Below, one piece after another: positions 1-11,663 of a stretch of DNA of 64,000 bases. Every line of letters starts with the position of its first letter. The stretch's first letter is position 1. Below the pieces are notes generated by a model. That model did no database searches and was not told the origin of the DNA. It worked only from the letters and a program-made list of their open reading frames with translations. The translations under genes and the position numbers were made by a program. The stretch is from Cryomorphaceae bacterium (lineage in GTDB: Bacteria > Bacteroidota > Bacteroidia > Flavobacteriales_D > Crocinitomicaceae), in NCBI GenBank assembly GCA_027483605.1, contig JAIXUE010000038.1, positions 1,479 to 65,478 of the forward strand. Reading direction: 5' to 3'.

Positions 1-561
1 AAAAGAAAGCGGTTCTCTTGCTGCCTTAATATAAGGTGGCACATCTTTTCTGATCAAGGAAGCGCCACCAATGAAAGCATGCTTGCCAATACGGGTGAAT
101 TGTTGTGCAGCAGCTTTACCTTCAAGAATTGCCCAGTCGTCTATTGTGACATGGCCAGAAAGGCCTGTGTAGCTCGCCAAAATAACGTTATTGCCAATTT
201 GACAATCGTGGGCGATGTGGACGTAGGTCATTAGCAAGCAGTTGTCACCGATGGTGGTCTTGAGTTTGTCGTTGGTGCCACGGTGGATGGTGACGCACTC
301 GCGGATCTTGGTGTGGTTGCCGATCTCAACTGTTGTGTATTCGTTTCCGAACTTGAGGTCTTGTGGGATCACGCCGACACTAGCTCCAGGAAAGACGTCG
401 CAGTCTTCGCCGATGCGTGTACCAGGGTAAAGTACTGCATTGGAGTGGATGTGGCAACCATTGCCAATAATGACATCGGGATGGATGACTGCAAAAGGGT
501 CTATGCGAACGTTTTGTCCAATTTGCGCATCGAGGGAGACAGAGGCGAGGTTAGAGATCAT
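1..561 (-). CDS. lpxA: acyl-ACP--UDP-N-acetylglucosamine O-acyltransferase LpxA, N-terminal ~187 codons (3' end runs off the window)
   Basis: Absent from the ORF track because it has no stop in the window. The reverse-strand ATG at 559-561 gives MISNLASVSLDAQIGQNVRIDPFAVIHPDVIIGNGCHIHSNAVLYPGTRIGEDCDVFPGASVGVIPQDLKF..., with hexapeptide beta-helix repeats. ATGA overlap with the lpxC/fabZ stop. Classic lpxD-lpxC/fabZ-lpxA order. Confidence 0.85.
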   Translation of the reverse strand, partial: MISNLASVSLDAQIGQNVRIDPFAVIHPDVIIGNGCHIHSNAVLYPGTRIGEDCDVFPGASVGVIPQDLKFGNEYTTVEIGNHTKIRECVTIHRGTNDKLKTTIGDNCLLMTYVHIAHDCQIGNNVILASYTGLSGHVTIDDWAILEGKAAAQQFTRIGKHAFIGGASLIRKDVPPYIKAAREPLSF

Positions 562-1961
562 TCTGCTTTGTCTTTGATGATTTGCGCAAGCATACTGGCC
601 TCTGAAACTACTTTGCCATTGACGTAAGCAGTACCACTCATTTCGACGAGGCCACGCCGTATAGGTGAAGTGAGCACGAGTTCAAATACAACGGTATCAC
701 CCGGCACCACCTTTTGCTTGAAGCGTACGTTGTCGATTTTCATGAAATACGTGGAGTATAAATGAGGGTCTTCGACCTGTGATAAGGCATAAATACCACC
801 CACCTGCGCCATGGCTTCTATTTGCAACACACCAGGGAATACTGGGTTGCCAGGGAAGTGCCCTGTAAAGATAGGCTCGTTCATAGTGATGTTTTTGACA
901 CCAACAATGGAGCTTGGGTGGATTTCCATGATTTTGTCGACCATCAAGAATGGGTAGCGGTGCGGAAGCATGCGCTCGATGTCTTGGGTGTTGTAAAGTG
1001 GGTCTTTGCTCAGGTCAAAAACACGACCAGCTTGTTGTTGCTTTTTAATTTGTTCTTTGAGCACTTTTGCAAAACGAACATTGCCCGAGTGGCCTGGACG
1101 TGCGGCAAGAATATGCGCTTTGATGGGCTTACCTACAAGGGCGAGGTCGCCGACGATGTCGAGTAGTTTGTGGCGAGCTGGTTCGTTTTCACATTGTAAC
1201 TTACTGGAGTTTAGTACACCAATGCTGTCTGGGCTCACTTGTAGTTTGTCTTTACCCAAAAGCTCTGCGAGCTCATCGAGTTCTGTTTGACTGATGTCTG
1301 CGCGGTCCACGAGGACAATAGCGTTGTCAAGGTCACCTCCTTTGATGAGGTTATTCTTGGCAAGATATTCGAGTTCGCGAAGGAATACGAAGGTGCGGCA
1401 ATGCGCGATTTCTTTGTTGAATTCACCGATATTGTACATGCTCGCATGTTGTGTGCCAAGCACCGGAGAATTGTAGTCAACCATGACCGTAAGTCGGTAG
1501 TTGACATCGGGAATTGCCAAAAACTCGATGCCTTTTTCGAGGTCTTCCCATGGAATATTTTCGGTAAGTTCAAAGTAGTCGCGCGCGGCGTCTTGGTCTT
1601 GGTAGCCAATTGCTTCAATTGCTTTGACGAAAGGCAAGGAGCTGCCGTCCATGATCGGAATCTCGGGACCGTCTAGCTTGATCAGCGCGTTGTCTACTTG
1701 GCAACCATAAAGCGCAGCAAGGACGTGTTCTGTGGTGTAGACACGTGCACCATTTTGTTCGAGTGTGGTGCCGCGGTCTGTGGCAACGACGTAATCGACG
1801 TCGGCTTTGATAATGGGTTGGTTGTCGAGGTCGGTGCGTTGAAATTTATAGCCATGGTTGGCTGGTGCAGGGCAAATTTCTAAGCGTACTTTTTCACCGG
1901 TATGTAAGCCGACTCCTTCAAATACGAGCGAATCTTTGATGGTGCGTTGTTGTTCTGTCAT
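558..1961 (-). CDS. lpxC: bifunctional UDP-3-O-acyl-GlcNAc deacetylase / 3-hydroxyacyl-ACP dehydratase (LpxC-FabZ fusion)
   Basis: 467 aa. The N-terminal LpxC fold starts TIKDSLVFEGVGLHTGEKV. The C-terminal FabZ hotdog carries LPHRYPFLMVDKI...FTGHFPGNPVFPGVL. This fusion is typical of Bacteroidota. Confidence 0.95.
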   Translation of the reverse strand: MTEQQRTIKDSLVFEGVGLHTGEKVRLEICPAPANHGYKFQRTDLDNQPIIKADVDYVVATDRGTTLEQNGARVYTTEHVLAALYGCQVDNALIKLDGPEIPIMDGSSLPFVKAIEAIGYQDQDAARDYFELTENIPWEDLEKGIEFLAIPDVNYRLTVMVDYNSPVLGTQHASMYNIGEFNKEIAHCRTFVFLRELEYLAKNNLIKGGDLDNAIVLVDRADISQTELDELAELLGKDKLQVSPDSIGVLNSSKLQCENEPARHKLLDIVGDLALVGKPIKAHILAARPGHSGNVRFAKVLKEQIKKQQQAGRVFDLSKDPLYNTQDIERMLPHRYPFLMVDKIMEIHPSSIVGVKNITMNEPIFTGHFPGNPVFPGVLQIEAMAQVGGIYALSQVEDPHLYSTYFMKIDNVRFKQKVVPGDTVVFELVLTSPIRRGLVEMSGTAYVNGKVVSEASMLAQIIKDKAE

Positions 1962-3007
1962 GCTTCTTTATTTTTAAGCAGCTCTTTGAGTTGGTTTTCT
2001 AAATCGTAAATTTTGTTGATCAGGCCAGGTAATTTCCTAAAGCCAAAATGTGAGCGCTTGTAATCATTGATTGGAATGGCCGGTGTGCCCATGAGGGTGT
2101 CGGCTTTTTTGACGGTGGATGGAATGCCAGATTGCGCTACGATCTTGGTGTGGTCTGCCACGCTCAGGTGCCCAGCAATACCGGTTTGGCCACCGATCAT
2201 GACGTGTTTGCCAATTTTGGCAGAACCAGCAATGCCCACTTGAGCAGCCATTGCGGTATGCTGATCGACATCTACGTTGTGCGCAATCTGACAAAGGTTG
2301 TCTATTTTGACGCCTTTGCGAATGTAGGTAGAGCCCATAGTGGCGCGGTCTATGCTGCAATTGGATCCGATTTCGACGTCGTCTTCAATGACAACATTGC
2401 CAATTTGAGGAATTTTGCTGTAAACGCCGTTTTCATCTGGTGCAAAGCCAAAGCCATCTGAGCCAATAACGGTACCTGCATGGATGATGCAGCGCGCACC
2501 AATTTGGCAATCTTTATAAATATTAACCGACGGATAAATAATGCTGTGTTCGGCAACAGTAGCGTTGTCTTGGATGACGACATGTGGATGAATTTGACAG
2601 TTGTCGGCAATTTTGACGTTGGCCCCGATATAGGCAAATGCACCAATATAGACGTTATCACCTACCTGAGCAGTTTCGTGAATGAAAGAAGGCTGTTCGA
2701 TGATGGCCTCTTTTTTATTCATGCTGTCGTAGAGCGCGAGCAATTGCGCAAAACACGCATAGGCATCTGCAACTTTGATGAGTGTGAGCGCAGCAGGGAG
2801 AGCTTTTTGAGCTGTAAAAGTATTGTTGACAATGCAAATACTAGAACCAGTGGTATAAATAAAAGGCTCGTATTTGGGATTCGAAAGGAAACTAAGCGCA
2901 CCTACATGGCCTTCTTCAATCTTGGCCAACGCGCTTACCTTAGCGTCAGGATTGCCGATGACTTCTCCGTTTAATAAACCAGCAATCTGCGCTGCAGTGA
3001 ATTCCAT
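1958..3007 (-). CDS. lpxD: UDP-3-O-(3-hydroxyacyl)glucosamine N-acyltransferase
   Basis: 349 aa. N-terminus reads FTAAQIAGLLNGEVIGN, followed by long hexapeptide repeats. ATGA overlap with lpxC/fabZ. Confidence 0.92.
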   Translation of the reverse strand: MEFTAAQIAGLLNGEVIGNPDAKVSALAKIEEGHVGALSFLSNPKYEPFIYTTGSSICIVNNTFTAQKALPAALTLIKVADAYACFAQLLALYDSMNKKEAIIEQPSFIHETAQVGDNVYIGAFAYIGANVKIADNCQIHPHVVIQDNATVAEHSIIYPSVNIYKDCQIGARCIIHAGTVIGSDGFGFAPDENGVYSKIPQIGNVVIEDDVEIGSNCSIDRATMGSTYIRKGVKIDNLCQIAHNVDVDQHTAMAAQVGIAGSAKIGKHVMIGGQTGIAGHLSVADHTKIVAQSGIPSTVKKADTLMGTPAIPINDYKRSHFGFRKLPGLINKIYDLENQLKELLKNKEA

Positions 3008-3093
3008 GATTCAAAGTTAAAAATTCAGATAAAAGCGCAGGCGCACATTTACTGAACTTTTAAACAATTTTTTGCCAAAAAATGTGAATTGCA

Positions 3094-3801
3094 CTAAAAA
3101 TGAAGGGCTTCTTCGCTGATGCTGTATACTTTGATCTTGTCTTTATACCAAATACAGGCGGCAGAAACTTCTATTTTTTTGTTGTTTGCAGGTCGAAATT
3201 TAAACACATGAACGGGTCTAGGTTGCTCATTGAGTCTTGAGGCCTCGAAGTCAAAGGAGCCATTGAGCAGCGCCTTCTGAAGTTGGATGTCTGTTGTGAT
3301 GCCGAGTGAGCGCAAGTGTTCTTTGAGCGCAGGGCGGTCTTCGGCATAAACCAAATGTTTATTTTTGGGAGCATGTACGATTGATGCTTCAAAAGGAATG
3401 TTTTTCATTTTTTTGAGCGCTTTAACTGACGGTACATTCGGAATGAACTCTACCACAAAGCTTTCGTCTGTCATGCGCGCAAGGCAATGCGCTTCTTTGT
3501 TTTTGCCGTCTGTAAAAGTGAGGTCATATACTTTGCGACGACCACTGCGGATACTTTTCGTGAAAGAGATATCGGCGTCTTGCATGAGGCGGTAAAACTT
3601 GGCGTCATTCAGCTTATGTTTTTTATAAAACGAGCGTACCTGTTGACCATCAATGATCCAGACGCGCTTGTTCATGGCGTCTTTGACACGATTTTCAGGC
3701 ATCCAGCTGCAGCCGCGCGTATTGAAAATACCGAAGGTCAGAATGAGGCCGAGTCCGAAACCTAGGCCGTAATAACGTAGTCTTCTCCAGAATGATTCCA
3801 T
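3094..3801 (-). CDS. hypothetical membrane-anchored protein
   Basis: 235-aa ORF with one N-terminal TM segment (YYGLGFGLGLILTFGIF). I recognise no family motif. Confidence 0.55.
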   Translation of the reverse strand: MESFWRRLRYYGLGFGLGLILTFGIFNTRGCSWMPENRVKDAMNKRVWIIDGQQVRSFYKKHKLNDAKFYRLMQDADISFTKSIRSGRRKVYDLTFTDGKNKEAHCLARMTDESFVVEFIPNVPSVKALKKMKNIPFEASIVHAPKNKHLVYAEDRPALKEHLRSLGITTDIQLQKALLNGSFDFEASRLNEQPRPVHVFKFRPANNKKIEVSAACIWYKDKIKVYSISEEALHF

Positions 3802-3837
3802 GGCATAAAAAAAGGGAGCGAACTCCCTTAATGAATT

Positions 3838-4155
3838 TTACATGAGTGCTTCGAGCTTTTCGGCTAGAACTGCTTTTGGCACAGCTCCGACAGATTTGTC
3901 GACAACTTCACCGTTTTTGATAAACAAGATTGTTGGGATAGAACGCACGCCAAATTGAGCAGAAACGCCCATATTGTGGTCTACATTTACTTTTCCAATT
4001 AATGCTTTACCGTCGTATTCGTTAGCCATTTCTTCAATAACTGGACCAATCATGCGGCAAGGACCACACCATTCTGCCCAGAAATCAATGATGACTGGAA
4101 TTTCTGATTTCATGACGAGCTCATCGAAGTTTTGGTCTGTAATTTCTACTGCCAT
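3838..4155 (-). CDS. trxA: thioredoxin
   Basis: 105 aa with the WCGPC active site and thioredoxin-length fold. Confidence 0.95.
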   Translation of the reverse strand: MAVEITDQNFDELVMKSEIPVIIDFWAEWCGPCRMIGPVIEEMANEYDGKALIGKVNVDHNMGVSAQFGVRSIPTILFIKNGEVVDKSVGAVPKAVLAEKLEALM

Positions 4156-4197
4156 TTTATGTTTTTTAGTTTCGTTACTACTTTAGGAGCGTCAAAA

Positions 4198-7020
4198 TTA
4201 ACGCTTTTTTAATTCTTGGGCCAAATATTTTGCGGTGTAGGAGACTTTTTGAGCCTTTTTAACCATTTGAGTAGGTGTGCCTTCAAAAAGAACCTGACCT
4301 CCGCGCTGTCCGCCTTCTGGCCCGATATCGATAATGTAGTCCGCGGTTTTGATCATGTCTAGGTTGTGTTCGATCACCAAAACAGTATTGCCTTCGTCTA
4401 CCAATCTTTGCAAGACCTTGAGCAGTAGCTGAATGTCCTCAAAGTGAAGGCCGGTTGAGGGTTCGTCCAAAATGTAAATGGTTTTGCCAGTGGCTCTTTT
4501 GGCGAGTTCGGCAGCTAGTTTGATGCGCTGTGCTTCACCCCCTGATAAAGTTGTGGAAGACTGCCCCAGTTGTACATAACCCAAACCCACTTCTTCCAAA
4601 GTAAGCAGCATGCGGTGTATTTTGGGCTGGTTTTCAAAGAACAGACAACCCTCAGAAATGGTCATTTGCAGTACGTCGGCTATTGTTTTGCCTTTGTAGC
4701 GTACTTCCAAGGTTTCGTTGTTGTATCTTTTGCCATTACACTGCTCACACAAGACATAAACGTCTGGTAAAAAGTTCATTTCAATCAAGCGCATGCCGCC
4801 TCCATTGCAGGTTTCGCATTTGCCACCTGCCACATTAAACGAGAAGCGCCCGGGTTTGTAGCCGCGGATGAGTGCTTCGGGCATGTTGGCAAATAAACTC
4901 CTGATTTCGTCAAAAACCTTGGTATAGGTCACCGGATTGGAGCGAGGTGTGCGGCCAATTGGGCTTTGGTCAATCTCAATGACTTTGTCGAGGTGCTCAA
5001 ACCCTGTAATTTGTTTGTAGGGTAGCGGTGTCCGAATTGGGTCGTAGAAATGATTCATCAAAAGCGGGAATAGCGTCTGATTGATCAGCGAAGATTTACC
5101 ACTACCGCTCACGCCCGTAACGTAGGTGAGCGTGCCAAGTGGGATTTGAATATCGATGTTTTTCAGGTTGTGCCCTGTAGCCCCTTTGAGTTTCAGGAAA
5201 TTTCCATTTCCGGTTCTTGTTTGATCCGGGATTGAAATATTTCTAGTTCCATTTAAATAACCCGCAGTAACGGTATTTGCACTTAACATTTCTGGATACG
5301 TGCCAGCAAAGACAATTTCGCCGCCGTGTCGGCCAGCACCTGGCCCGATATCGACTATGAAATCGGCGGCTTCCATCATTTCTTTATCGTGCTCTACTAC
5401 CAGAACGGTGTTGCCGAGGTCGCGCAATTTAGTGAGCGAACGAATGAGTTTGGTGTTGTCTCGTTGGTGTAAGCCGATAGACGGCTCGTCGAGTATATAC
5501 AACACATTGAGCAGTTCGGTGCCAATTTGCGTCGCTAAGCGGATGCGTTGTGCCTCACCTCCAGATAAAGTTTTGGCACTGCGGTGCATGGTGAGATAAT
5601 CTAGCCCCACTTCTAAAATAAAGCCCAGCCGCGCATTGATTTCCTTAATGATTTCTTTGCCGATATACAAAGCTTGCTCATCGAGGAGTTGGGGTAGGAT
5701 GGTGCACCATTCTTGCAGGGTTTGTAAGTCCATGACGGCGAGTTCGCCGATGTGCAGCTGTCCAATTTTAAAATGTAAGGCTTCTTTTTTGAGTCGGTAG
5801 CCCGAACAGCTCGGACACGTTTTCTTGTGCATAAATCCCTGTGCCCAACGCTCAATTGCGGTGGAAGAATCTTCGGCATGCCGCCCCATAAAATGTAATA
5901 ATCCTTCAAAGCGTTCTTGGGTGTCTAGCGGCCCGAGTTCCATGTCTTCGTTGCCGTAAAGCAATAGCTCAATGAGCTCTTCGTCGATGTCGCAGATGGG
6001 CGTATTAAGTGTGAATTGTTGGGCTTGCAGTATTTTTTCAATTTTATCAAAAATCCAAGATCTTTTGTAGGCACCTAGTGGTGCGAGGCCACCTTTTTTG
6101 ATCGAAAGTTTGGGGTCTGGAATGATTTTATCGCGGTCCATTTCACTCACCTCGCCGAGTCCTTTGCAGGTGGGGCAAGCGCCATAAGGGGAGTTGAACG
6201 AAAACAAATTGGGTTCGGGCTCAGGATAAGAAATGCCTGTGGTTGGGCACATGAGCGAGCGACTGTAATGGCGGAGACTTCCGTTTTCTAAATCGAGCAC
6301 CATGAGCGTGCCTTCGCCCAATTGCATGCAAGTTTGTACGGTTTCTTGGCAGCGTTTGTTATCGACGTCACCAGCAATAAAGCGGTCCACAACAACTTCT
6401 ATGTCATGGGTTTTGTAGCGATCGAGTTTGATTGGTTTACTGAGCTCTAGTAGCTCACCATCTACTCTTACCCGCGTATAGCCCAAGCGCTGGATTTGTT
6501 CAAAAAGCTCGCGGTAATGCCCTTTTCTGCCTTTGACTTTAGGTGCCAAAAGCGCCACTTTTTTACCTTTAAAAGTACTTTGGATGAGTTCCGTGATGTC
6601 GTGGTCCGCATATTGCACCATTTTTTCGCCGGTCTGATACGAATAGGCTGTGGCAGTTCTTGCATAGAGCAAGCGAAAGAAGTCGTAGAGTTCGGTAATG
6701 GTGCCCACTGTAGATCTGGGCGAGCGGCCCACCGTTTTTTGCTCGATGGCAATCACTGGGCTCAGGCCGTCAATTTTGTCGATGTCGGGTCTTTCAAGTC
6801 CGCCGATAAACTGCCGAACATATGCCGAAAAGGTGTCGAGGTAGCGCCGTTGCCCTTCGGCAAAAATGGTGTCAAAAGCCAATGATGACTTACCGCTTCC
6901 GCTTAAACCAGTAAAAACAACAAGTTTTTGCCGCGGAATTTCAAGGTGGATGTTTTTGAGGTTGTGTTCTCTTGCGCCTTGAATGCGGATAAAATCGTTG
7001 GGATTGTTGGCTTTAGGCAT
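4198..7020 (-). CDS. uvrA: excinuclease ABC subunit A
   Basis: Two ABC ATPase modules ([18 protein letters not shown], two LSGGEAQR signatures) and Zn-finger CxxC pairs. The likely start is [24 protein letters not shown] at 7020. The track ORF extends upstream to 7101. Confidence 0.95.
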   Translation of the reverse strand: MPKANNPNDFIRIQGAREHNLKNIHLEIPRQKLVVFTGLSGSGKSSLAFDTIFAEGQRRYLDTFSAYVRQFIGGLERPDIDKIDGLSPVIAIEQKTVGRSPRSTVGTITELYDFFRLLYARTATAYSYQTGEKMVQYADHDITELIQSTFKGKKVALLAPKVKGRKGHYRELFEQIQRLGYTRVRVDGELLELSKPIKLDRYKTHDIEVVVDRFIAGDVDNKRCQETVQTCMQLGEGTLMVLDLENGSLRHYSRSLMCPTTGISYPEPEPNLFSFNSPYGACPTCKGLGEVSEMDRDKIIPDPKLSIKKGGLAPLGAYKRSWIFDKIEKILQAQQFTLNTPICDIDEELIELLLYGNEDMELGPLDTQERFEGLLHFMGRHAEDSSTAIERWAQGFMHKKTCPSCSGYRLKKEALHFKIGQLHIGELAVMDLQTLQEWCTILPQLLDEQALYIGKEIIKEINARLGFILEVGLDYLTMHRSAKTLSGGEAQRIRLATQIGTELLNVLYILDEPSIGLHQRDNTKLIRSLTKLRDLGNTVLVVEHDKEMMEAADFIVDIGPGAGRHGGEIVFAGTYPEMLSANTVTAGYLNGTRNISIPDQTRTGNGNFLKLKGATGHNLKNIDIQIPLGTLTYVTGVSGSGKSSLINQTLFPLLMNHFYDPIRTPLPYKQITGFEHLDKVIEIDQSPIGRTPRSNPVTYTKVFDEIRSLFANMPEALIRGYKPGRFSFNVAGGKCETCNGGGMRLIEMNFLPDVYVLCEQCNGKRYNNETLEVRYKGKTIADVLQMTISEGCLFFENQPKIHRMLLTLEEVGLGYVQLGQSSTTLSGGEAQRIKLAAELAKRATGKTIYILDEPSTGLHFEDIQLLLKVLQRLVDEGNTVLVIEHNLDMIKTADYIIDIGPEGGQRGGQVLFEGTPTQMVKKAQKVSYTAKYLAQELKKR

Positions 7021-7090
7021 TGGTCTTTTCAAATGGCGTGTTGTGCACTGAAATAAAATGAACTGCGAAATTACGCTAAATTTGTCGACT

Positions 7091-8551
7091 ATGTTGCGCA
7101 TCTATTTACTGTTTTTATTCAGTTTGCCTGTTGCTTTTTGGGCCCAGTTTCCCCTACAAACCATCCTTAATCAACTGATCAAAGACCCTCAGCTGGCAGG
7201 CACTAATTGGAGTGTTTGTGCGCTTGATCTCACTACGGGTGATACCCTTGCAGCCTATTTGCCAAGCAAACAGCTCCCCGGCGCTTCGATTACTAAATTG
7301 GTGAGTACAGCGGCTGCTTTAGAAATTTTAGGGCCCAGCCACCAAGCACAAACACAACTTTTTTTAGACGGTGAGCTCAAAGCTCATGGTGTTTTTGATG
7401 GCGATGTTTGGATAGTTGGTGGAGGAGACATCTCTTTGGGTTCTCGCTATTTCAATGAGCCAGGAAACGAACTTGCTTTTCTCAATTCATGGGTAAAGAT
7501 CATCCAGAATTTAGGTATTCAATACATAACAGGGCAGGTGATTGCTGATGCCAGTGCTTTTGGTTACGACAAATGTCCGGTTGGTTGGGAGCGCCTAGAT
7601 ATGGGTAATTACTATGGTTGTGGCGCCTACGGACTCAATTTTTTTGACAACACACTGAAGTTGACTTTTCAAACTGGTGCTCCCGGAACCTCTCTTGTTC
7701 TCAAAAGTTGTTACCCGATAGATTTCAACTATCAATTAACGATAGAGGCCAAAGCTGCAACTGTTAGTGGCGATGAAACCTTCATACACGGTGAGCCCTA
7801 TAACTATCAAAGGGTGATCAAAGGCAGCTTACCCGCCAACCGCGCTGCATTTGAAGTCAAAGGCAGCATGCCTGATCCAGAGCAGCTCTTGGCTCGTATG
7901 TTTTATCAAGAACTTCAAAAACAAGGTGTTCGGGTAGACGGCGGCAGCACTGCGGTGCGCTTACATCCTGAATTACCTGCTCAGCGAACTGAAAATTGGT
8001 CCTGTTTTCATACTGAATTTGGTCAAAAACTAGAAGATGTTGTTTACTGGACAAATCAACGCAGTATCAATCTTTTTGCCGAGGGCTTGGTACGTCAGGT
8101 TGGCGCTGCTCAGTATGGCATGGGAACTTATGAAAATGGCCTGCGCGTGCTCGATAGCTTGTTTTTGAACTGGCAATTAGGAACTAACGGAATTGTAGAT
8201 GGCAGTGGGCTTTCAAAAGTAAATCGCATGAGTGCGTCTCAGTACGTTAAATTGCTTGCCTTGCAAACCCAAAAAACACATTTTCAAGTGTATTTGAAGA
8301 GTTTGCCCATTGCCGGACAAACAGGTACGGTCAAAAACCTATGCAAAGGTCAAGCTGGAGAGGGCAGGGTACATGCAAAAAGCGGGAGTATCAAAGGTAT
8401 CAAAGCCTACGCTGGTTATGTAGATGCTGCAAACGGCCACCAAATTGCATTTGCCATCATTGCCAATGATTATCCCGTAAGCGGTGCAGCTATGGCCAAA
8501 AAAATGGAGCCATTTTTAAATGGTTTGGCTACATATCAAGTTCGACCTTGA
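7091..8551 (+). CDS. dacB: D-alanyl-D-alanine carboxypeptidase/endopeptidase (PBP4, S13 family)
   Basis: Signal peptide MLRIYLLFLFSLPVAFWAQ. Carries the SxxK (ASITK), DGSGLS and KSG motifs. The track ORF starts at 7058. Confidence 0.85.
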   Translation: MLRIYLLFLFSLPVAFWAQFPLQTILNQLIKDPQLAGTNWSVCALDLTTGDTLAAYLPSKQLPGASITKLVSTAAALEILGPSHQAQTQLFLDGELKAHGVFDGDVWIVGGGDISLGSRYFNEPGNELAFLNSWVKIIQNLGIQYITGQVIADASAFGYDKCPVGWERLDMGNYYGCGAYGLNFFDNTLKLTFQTGAPGTSLVLKSCYPIDFNYQLTIEAKAATVSGDETFIHGEPYNYQRVIKGSLPANRAAFEVKGSMPDPEQLLARMFYQELQKQGVRVDGGSTAVRLHPELPAQRTENWSCFHTEFGQKLEDVVYWTNQRSINLFAEGLVRQVGAAQYGMGTYENGLRVLDSLFLNWQLGTNGIVDGSGLSKVNRMSASQYVKLLALQTQKTHFQVYLKSLPIAGQTGTVKNLCKGQAGEGRVHAKSGSIKGIKAYAGYVDAANGHQIAFAIIANDYPVSGAAMAKKMEPFLNGLATYQVRP

Positions 8552-9446
8552 TGATCTGCTGCCAAAAGTCTTGGATGCCAATTTGCGCAACCCCCAACAT
8601 TTGAGGTACAATACTTGCCGGTGAAAACCCGGGCGTGGTATTGACTTCAATGACATGTGGAACGTCGTTGACCAACATGAAATCGATACGAGCGATTGCT
8701 CTTAAACCGAGTAGGTCATAAATCTTTTTGGCTTGCGACTGAACGGCTAAAGCAACGCTGTCAGCTATTCTTGCAGGTGTAATTTCTTTGGATTTGCCAT
8801 CGTATTTGGCGGCGTAATCGAAAAATTCAGTTTCGGACACAATTTCGGTAAGTGGCAAAGCCACCAAGCCATCTTGGCTGCGGTAAACCCCGCAGGTTAC
8901 CTCCGTTCCATCTAAAAATGCTTCGGCCACAACATTTCGACCTTCTTTAAAGGCAGTTTCAAAGGCGGTTTGGACGGCATCTACTGATTTCACTTTAGAA
9001 ATGCCGAAGCTAGAGCCGGAATCGGATGGCTTGACAAACATAGGTAGCCCCAAGTTGGCAACTAGTGCAGTGGCATCTATTTGTGCACCAAAATGAAAAA
9101 GTTGAGATTTGGCCACCTCGAAACCAAAGCCTTTTAAGAACTGATTGCAATACCATTTGTCAAAAGAAAGTGCACTAGCCAATACGCCAGAATTGATATA
9201 GGGAATTTGGAGCATGTCCAAAAAAGCTTGAATTTTTCCGTTTTCACCAGGGTCGCCATGCGTGTAAACTATTGCAGCATCTATTTGGTTTTCGAGTTTC
9301 AAGCGTTCTTGCCAGTTTTCTCTGGAAATTTGAATCAGGACGCATTCGAGGTGCACAGGGAAGTGATTTTGAATGGTTTGAGCACTCTTAATTGAAATAT
9401 GGTATTCAGAGGAAAAGCCCCCGCAAATGAGTCCGATGCGCTTCAT
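8529..9446 (-). CDS. ddl: D-alanine--D-alanine ligase
   Basis: 305 aa. ATP-grasp pattern: MKRIGLICGGFSSEYHISIKSA ... VEVNTTPG. Confidence 0.9.
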   Translation of the reverse strand: MKRIGLICGGFSSEYHISIKSAQTIQNHFPVHLECVLIQISRENWQERLKLENQIDAAIVYTHGDPGENGKIQAFLDMLQIPYINSGVLASALSFDKWYCNQFLKGFGFEVAKSQLFHFGAQIDATALVANLGLPMFVKPSDSGSSFGISKVKSVDAVQTAFETAFKEGRNVVAEAFLDGTEVTCGVYRSQDGLVALPLTEIVSETEFFDYAAKYDGKSKEITPARIADSVALAVQSQAKKIYDLLGLRAIARIDFMLVNDVPHVIEVNTTPGFSPASIVPQMLGVAQIGIQDFWQQIIKVELDM

Positions 9447-9492
9447 GCGTTTATTTTAAGGCGAAATTATCTAAAATTGGTAATTTCGCAGC

Positions 9493-10806
9493 ATGAGGCC
9501 CTTGTATTTTATTTTTTGGTTCGGATTAGGCTTTAGCTTTCGGTTGTTTTTTCGACGCATTAAAGAAGTGCGTCCGAGCAAAAGTCGTTTTGGAAGAACC
9601 ATCTTTGTAAGTAACCACCCTTCGTCGTTTCTAGACCCCTTGGTTGTGTCGCGTTTACGCAAGCCAGTTGTGTATTTCATGACGCGGTCTGACGTATTCA
9701 ATCGCTTCACTAAGCCTTTGTTTTGGCTCGCCCACATGTTACCGATTTACCGCCAGCAAGATGGTGGTAATTCTCAAGAGAAAAACAAAAAAGTTTTTAA
9801 GAAGGCTACCGAGACCCTTGCGCGCAATCGCAATTTGCTCATTTTTGGCGAAGGCATCACCGACGACATCTTTGAGCGCAGACTCAAACCAATTAAAAAA
9901 GGAGCGCTGCGCATAGGTTTCACTGCTCTAGAAGACCTCGATTGGAAGGTGGAAATCCGCGTTCAAGGTTTGGGCATCAATTATACCAATCCGGGTTTCT
10001 TGAGAGGCGATGTGCTTCTTGCGGCAGCTGAGCCAATTTTGCTCAATGATTACAAAGCTGCCTATTTAGAGAATCCGAGCAAGGTCATATCGGAGCTCAA
10101 TCGCGAACTAGAGCAACGCATGCAAGCGCAAATTACACATGTCAAGTCAGACGAGCACGTCGTGTTGCACGAGCAAATCATGATGCTCAATCGCAAGGGT
10201 ATGCACGTAGATTGTTATGATCCACAAATTTCATTAGAAGCGCGCTGGTTGTACTCCCAAAAGTTGGCGGATTACCTGAACGGATTATCAGAAAATCAAA
10301 ATGAGCAAATTTCAACCATCAAGAATCAAATAGATGCTTACCAAGGCACTTTGCGCGAATTAGGTTTGAAAGAAGCCGAGCTTTATTGGTTTGCCATTCA
10401 AAAGAATTGGCGCTTGTTCACTTTTTTAAAGTTAGTTGTTCAATTGCCATTGTTTTTCATCGGGCTCGTTCATATCGCTTTACCCACTCTTTTTGTAAAG
10501 CGCTTCGTAGAAAAGAAAATGAAAAGACCCGTGTTTTGGTCCTCCACTAAAATGACAATGCTTTTAGTTTTGCTACCCATTTGGAACATCCTCCTGTTTT
10601 TGGTCGCCTCGAACTTCATTTCATTGGAAACATGGTCTTGGGTCTTCTTGTTCTTTGCTTTGAATATTGTCGCATTGGGGTACTATTTATTTATCAGAAA
10701 TACCACCCTCTTGATCAAATCATTACGTTATAACGCACAAAGCTTGCGCTCGGTTGTTGCACAACGAGATACCGTTCTACAACAATTGGAAATACTGCAA
10801 TTCTAA
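9493..10806 (+). CDS. PlsC-family acyltransferase with C-terminal multi-TM extension
   Basis: HxxxxD box (NHPSSFLD) and FGEGIT motif. Hydrophobic helices in the last ~130 aa. Confidence 0.75.
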   Translation: MRPLYFIFWFGLGFSFRLFFRRIKEVRPSKSRFGRTIFVSNHPSSFLDPLVVSRLRKPVVYFMTRSDVFNRFTKPLFWLAHMLPIYRQQDGGNSQEKNKKVFKKATETLARNRNLLIFGEGITDDIFERRLKPIKKGALRIGFTALEDLDWKVEIRVQGLGINYTNPGFLRGDVLLAAAEPILLNDYKAAYLENPSKVISELNRELEQRMQAQITHVKSDEHVVLHEQIMMLNRKGMHVDCYDPQISLEARWLYSQKLADYLNGLSENQNEQISTIKNQIDAYQGTLRELGLKEAELYWFAIQKNWRLFTFLKLVVQLPLFFIGLVHIALPTLFVKRFVEKKMKRPVFWSSTKMTMLLVLLPIWNILLFLVASNFISLETWSWVFLFFALNIVALGYYLFIRNTTLLIKSLRYNAQSLRSVVAQRDTVLQQLEILQF

Positions 10807-11663
10807 TGGAAGAAACAACACGTATTAAGAAACCAAAATGGCTCCGCGTGAAGCTCCCAACCGGAGAAAACTACCGCAAAGTAAGAGGTTTGGTCGATGA
10901 GCATAAACTACACACAATTTGTGAAAGTGGTAGTTGCCCGAACATGGGTGAATGTTGGGGCGAAGGCACCGCTACTTTTATGATTCTTGGTAATGTTTGC
11001 ACGCGCTCTTGCGGATTCTGTGGCGTCCAAACAGGCAAACCCGATCAAGTCGATATTTTTGAGCCCGGGAAGGTTGCTCATTCGGTCAAAATTATGGGTG
11101 TCAAACATGCCGTTATTACTTCCGTTGACCGCGACGACCTCAAAGACGGCGGCGCCGAAATTTGGTCCCAAACCGTGCGTGCAATTCGTCAGCAATCACC
11201 CGGTACCACATTAGAAACACTGATACCAGATTTTGCGGGTAACTGGAAAAACCTTCAAGTTATTATCGATGTGGCACCTGAAATCGTCTCTCACAATTTA
11301 GAGACGGTCCGAAGGCTCACCAAACAAGTCCGTATACAAGCTAAATACGACCGCAGTTTGGAAGTGTTGTTTCGCTTGAAAAAGGGTGGTATGCGCACCA
11401 AATCAGGTGTCATGTTAGGCCTTGGTGAAACCGAACAAGAAGTCATAGAAACCATGCAAGACCTCCGTTCTGTGCAAGTCGATATCCTGACGCTTGGACA
11501 GTATCTTCAACCTACTCCAAAGCATTTGCCAGTTGCTGAATTTATTGAGCCTGAGCAGTTTGCATATTATCAAAAACTAGGTTTAGAAATGGGTTTCAGG
11601 TTTGTGGAAAGTGGTCCGCTTGTGCGTTCGTCATACCATGCCGAAAAACATTTGTTTGATTAA
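10806..11663 (+). CDS. lipA: lipoyl synthase
   Basis: Radical-SAM CxxxCxxC (CTRSCGFC) plus an N-terminal [12 protein letters not shown] cluster. TAATG junction with the upstream gene. Confidence 0.95.
   Translation: MEETTRIKKPKWLRVKLPTGENYRKVRGLVDEHKLHTICESGSCPNMGECWGEGTATFMILGNVCTRSCGFCGVQTGKPDQVDIFEPGKVAHSVKIMGVKHAVITSVDRDDLKDGGAEIWSQTVRAIRQQSPGTTLETLIPDFAGNWKNLQVIIDVAPEIVSHNLETVRRLTKQVRIQAKYDRSLEVLFRLKKGGMRTKSGVMLGLGETEQEVIETMQDLRSVQVDILTLGQYLQPTPKHLPVAEFIEPEQFAYYQKLGLEMGFRFVESGPLVRSSYHAEKHLFD

Noticed and set aside
2480-2974. 164-aa plus-strand ORF antisense to lpxD, and similar long shadow ORFs at 28519-29085, 57739-58260 and 62090-62623.
   Set aside because: They lie entirely inside well-supported genes (lpxD, recQ, icmF, SDR). 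They have low-complexity or Arg/Ser-rich composition and no recognisable motifs. This is typical of antisense or off-frame shadows of repeat-rich or GC-richer coding sequence.
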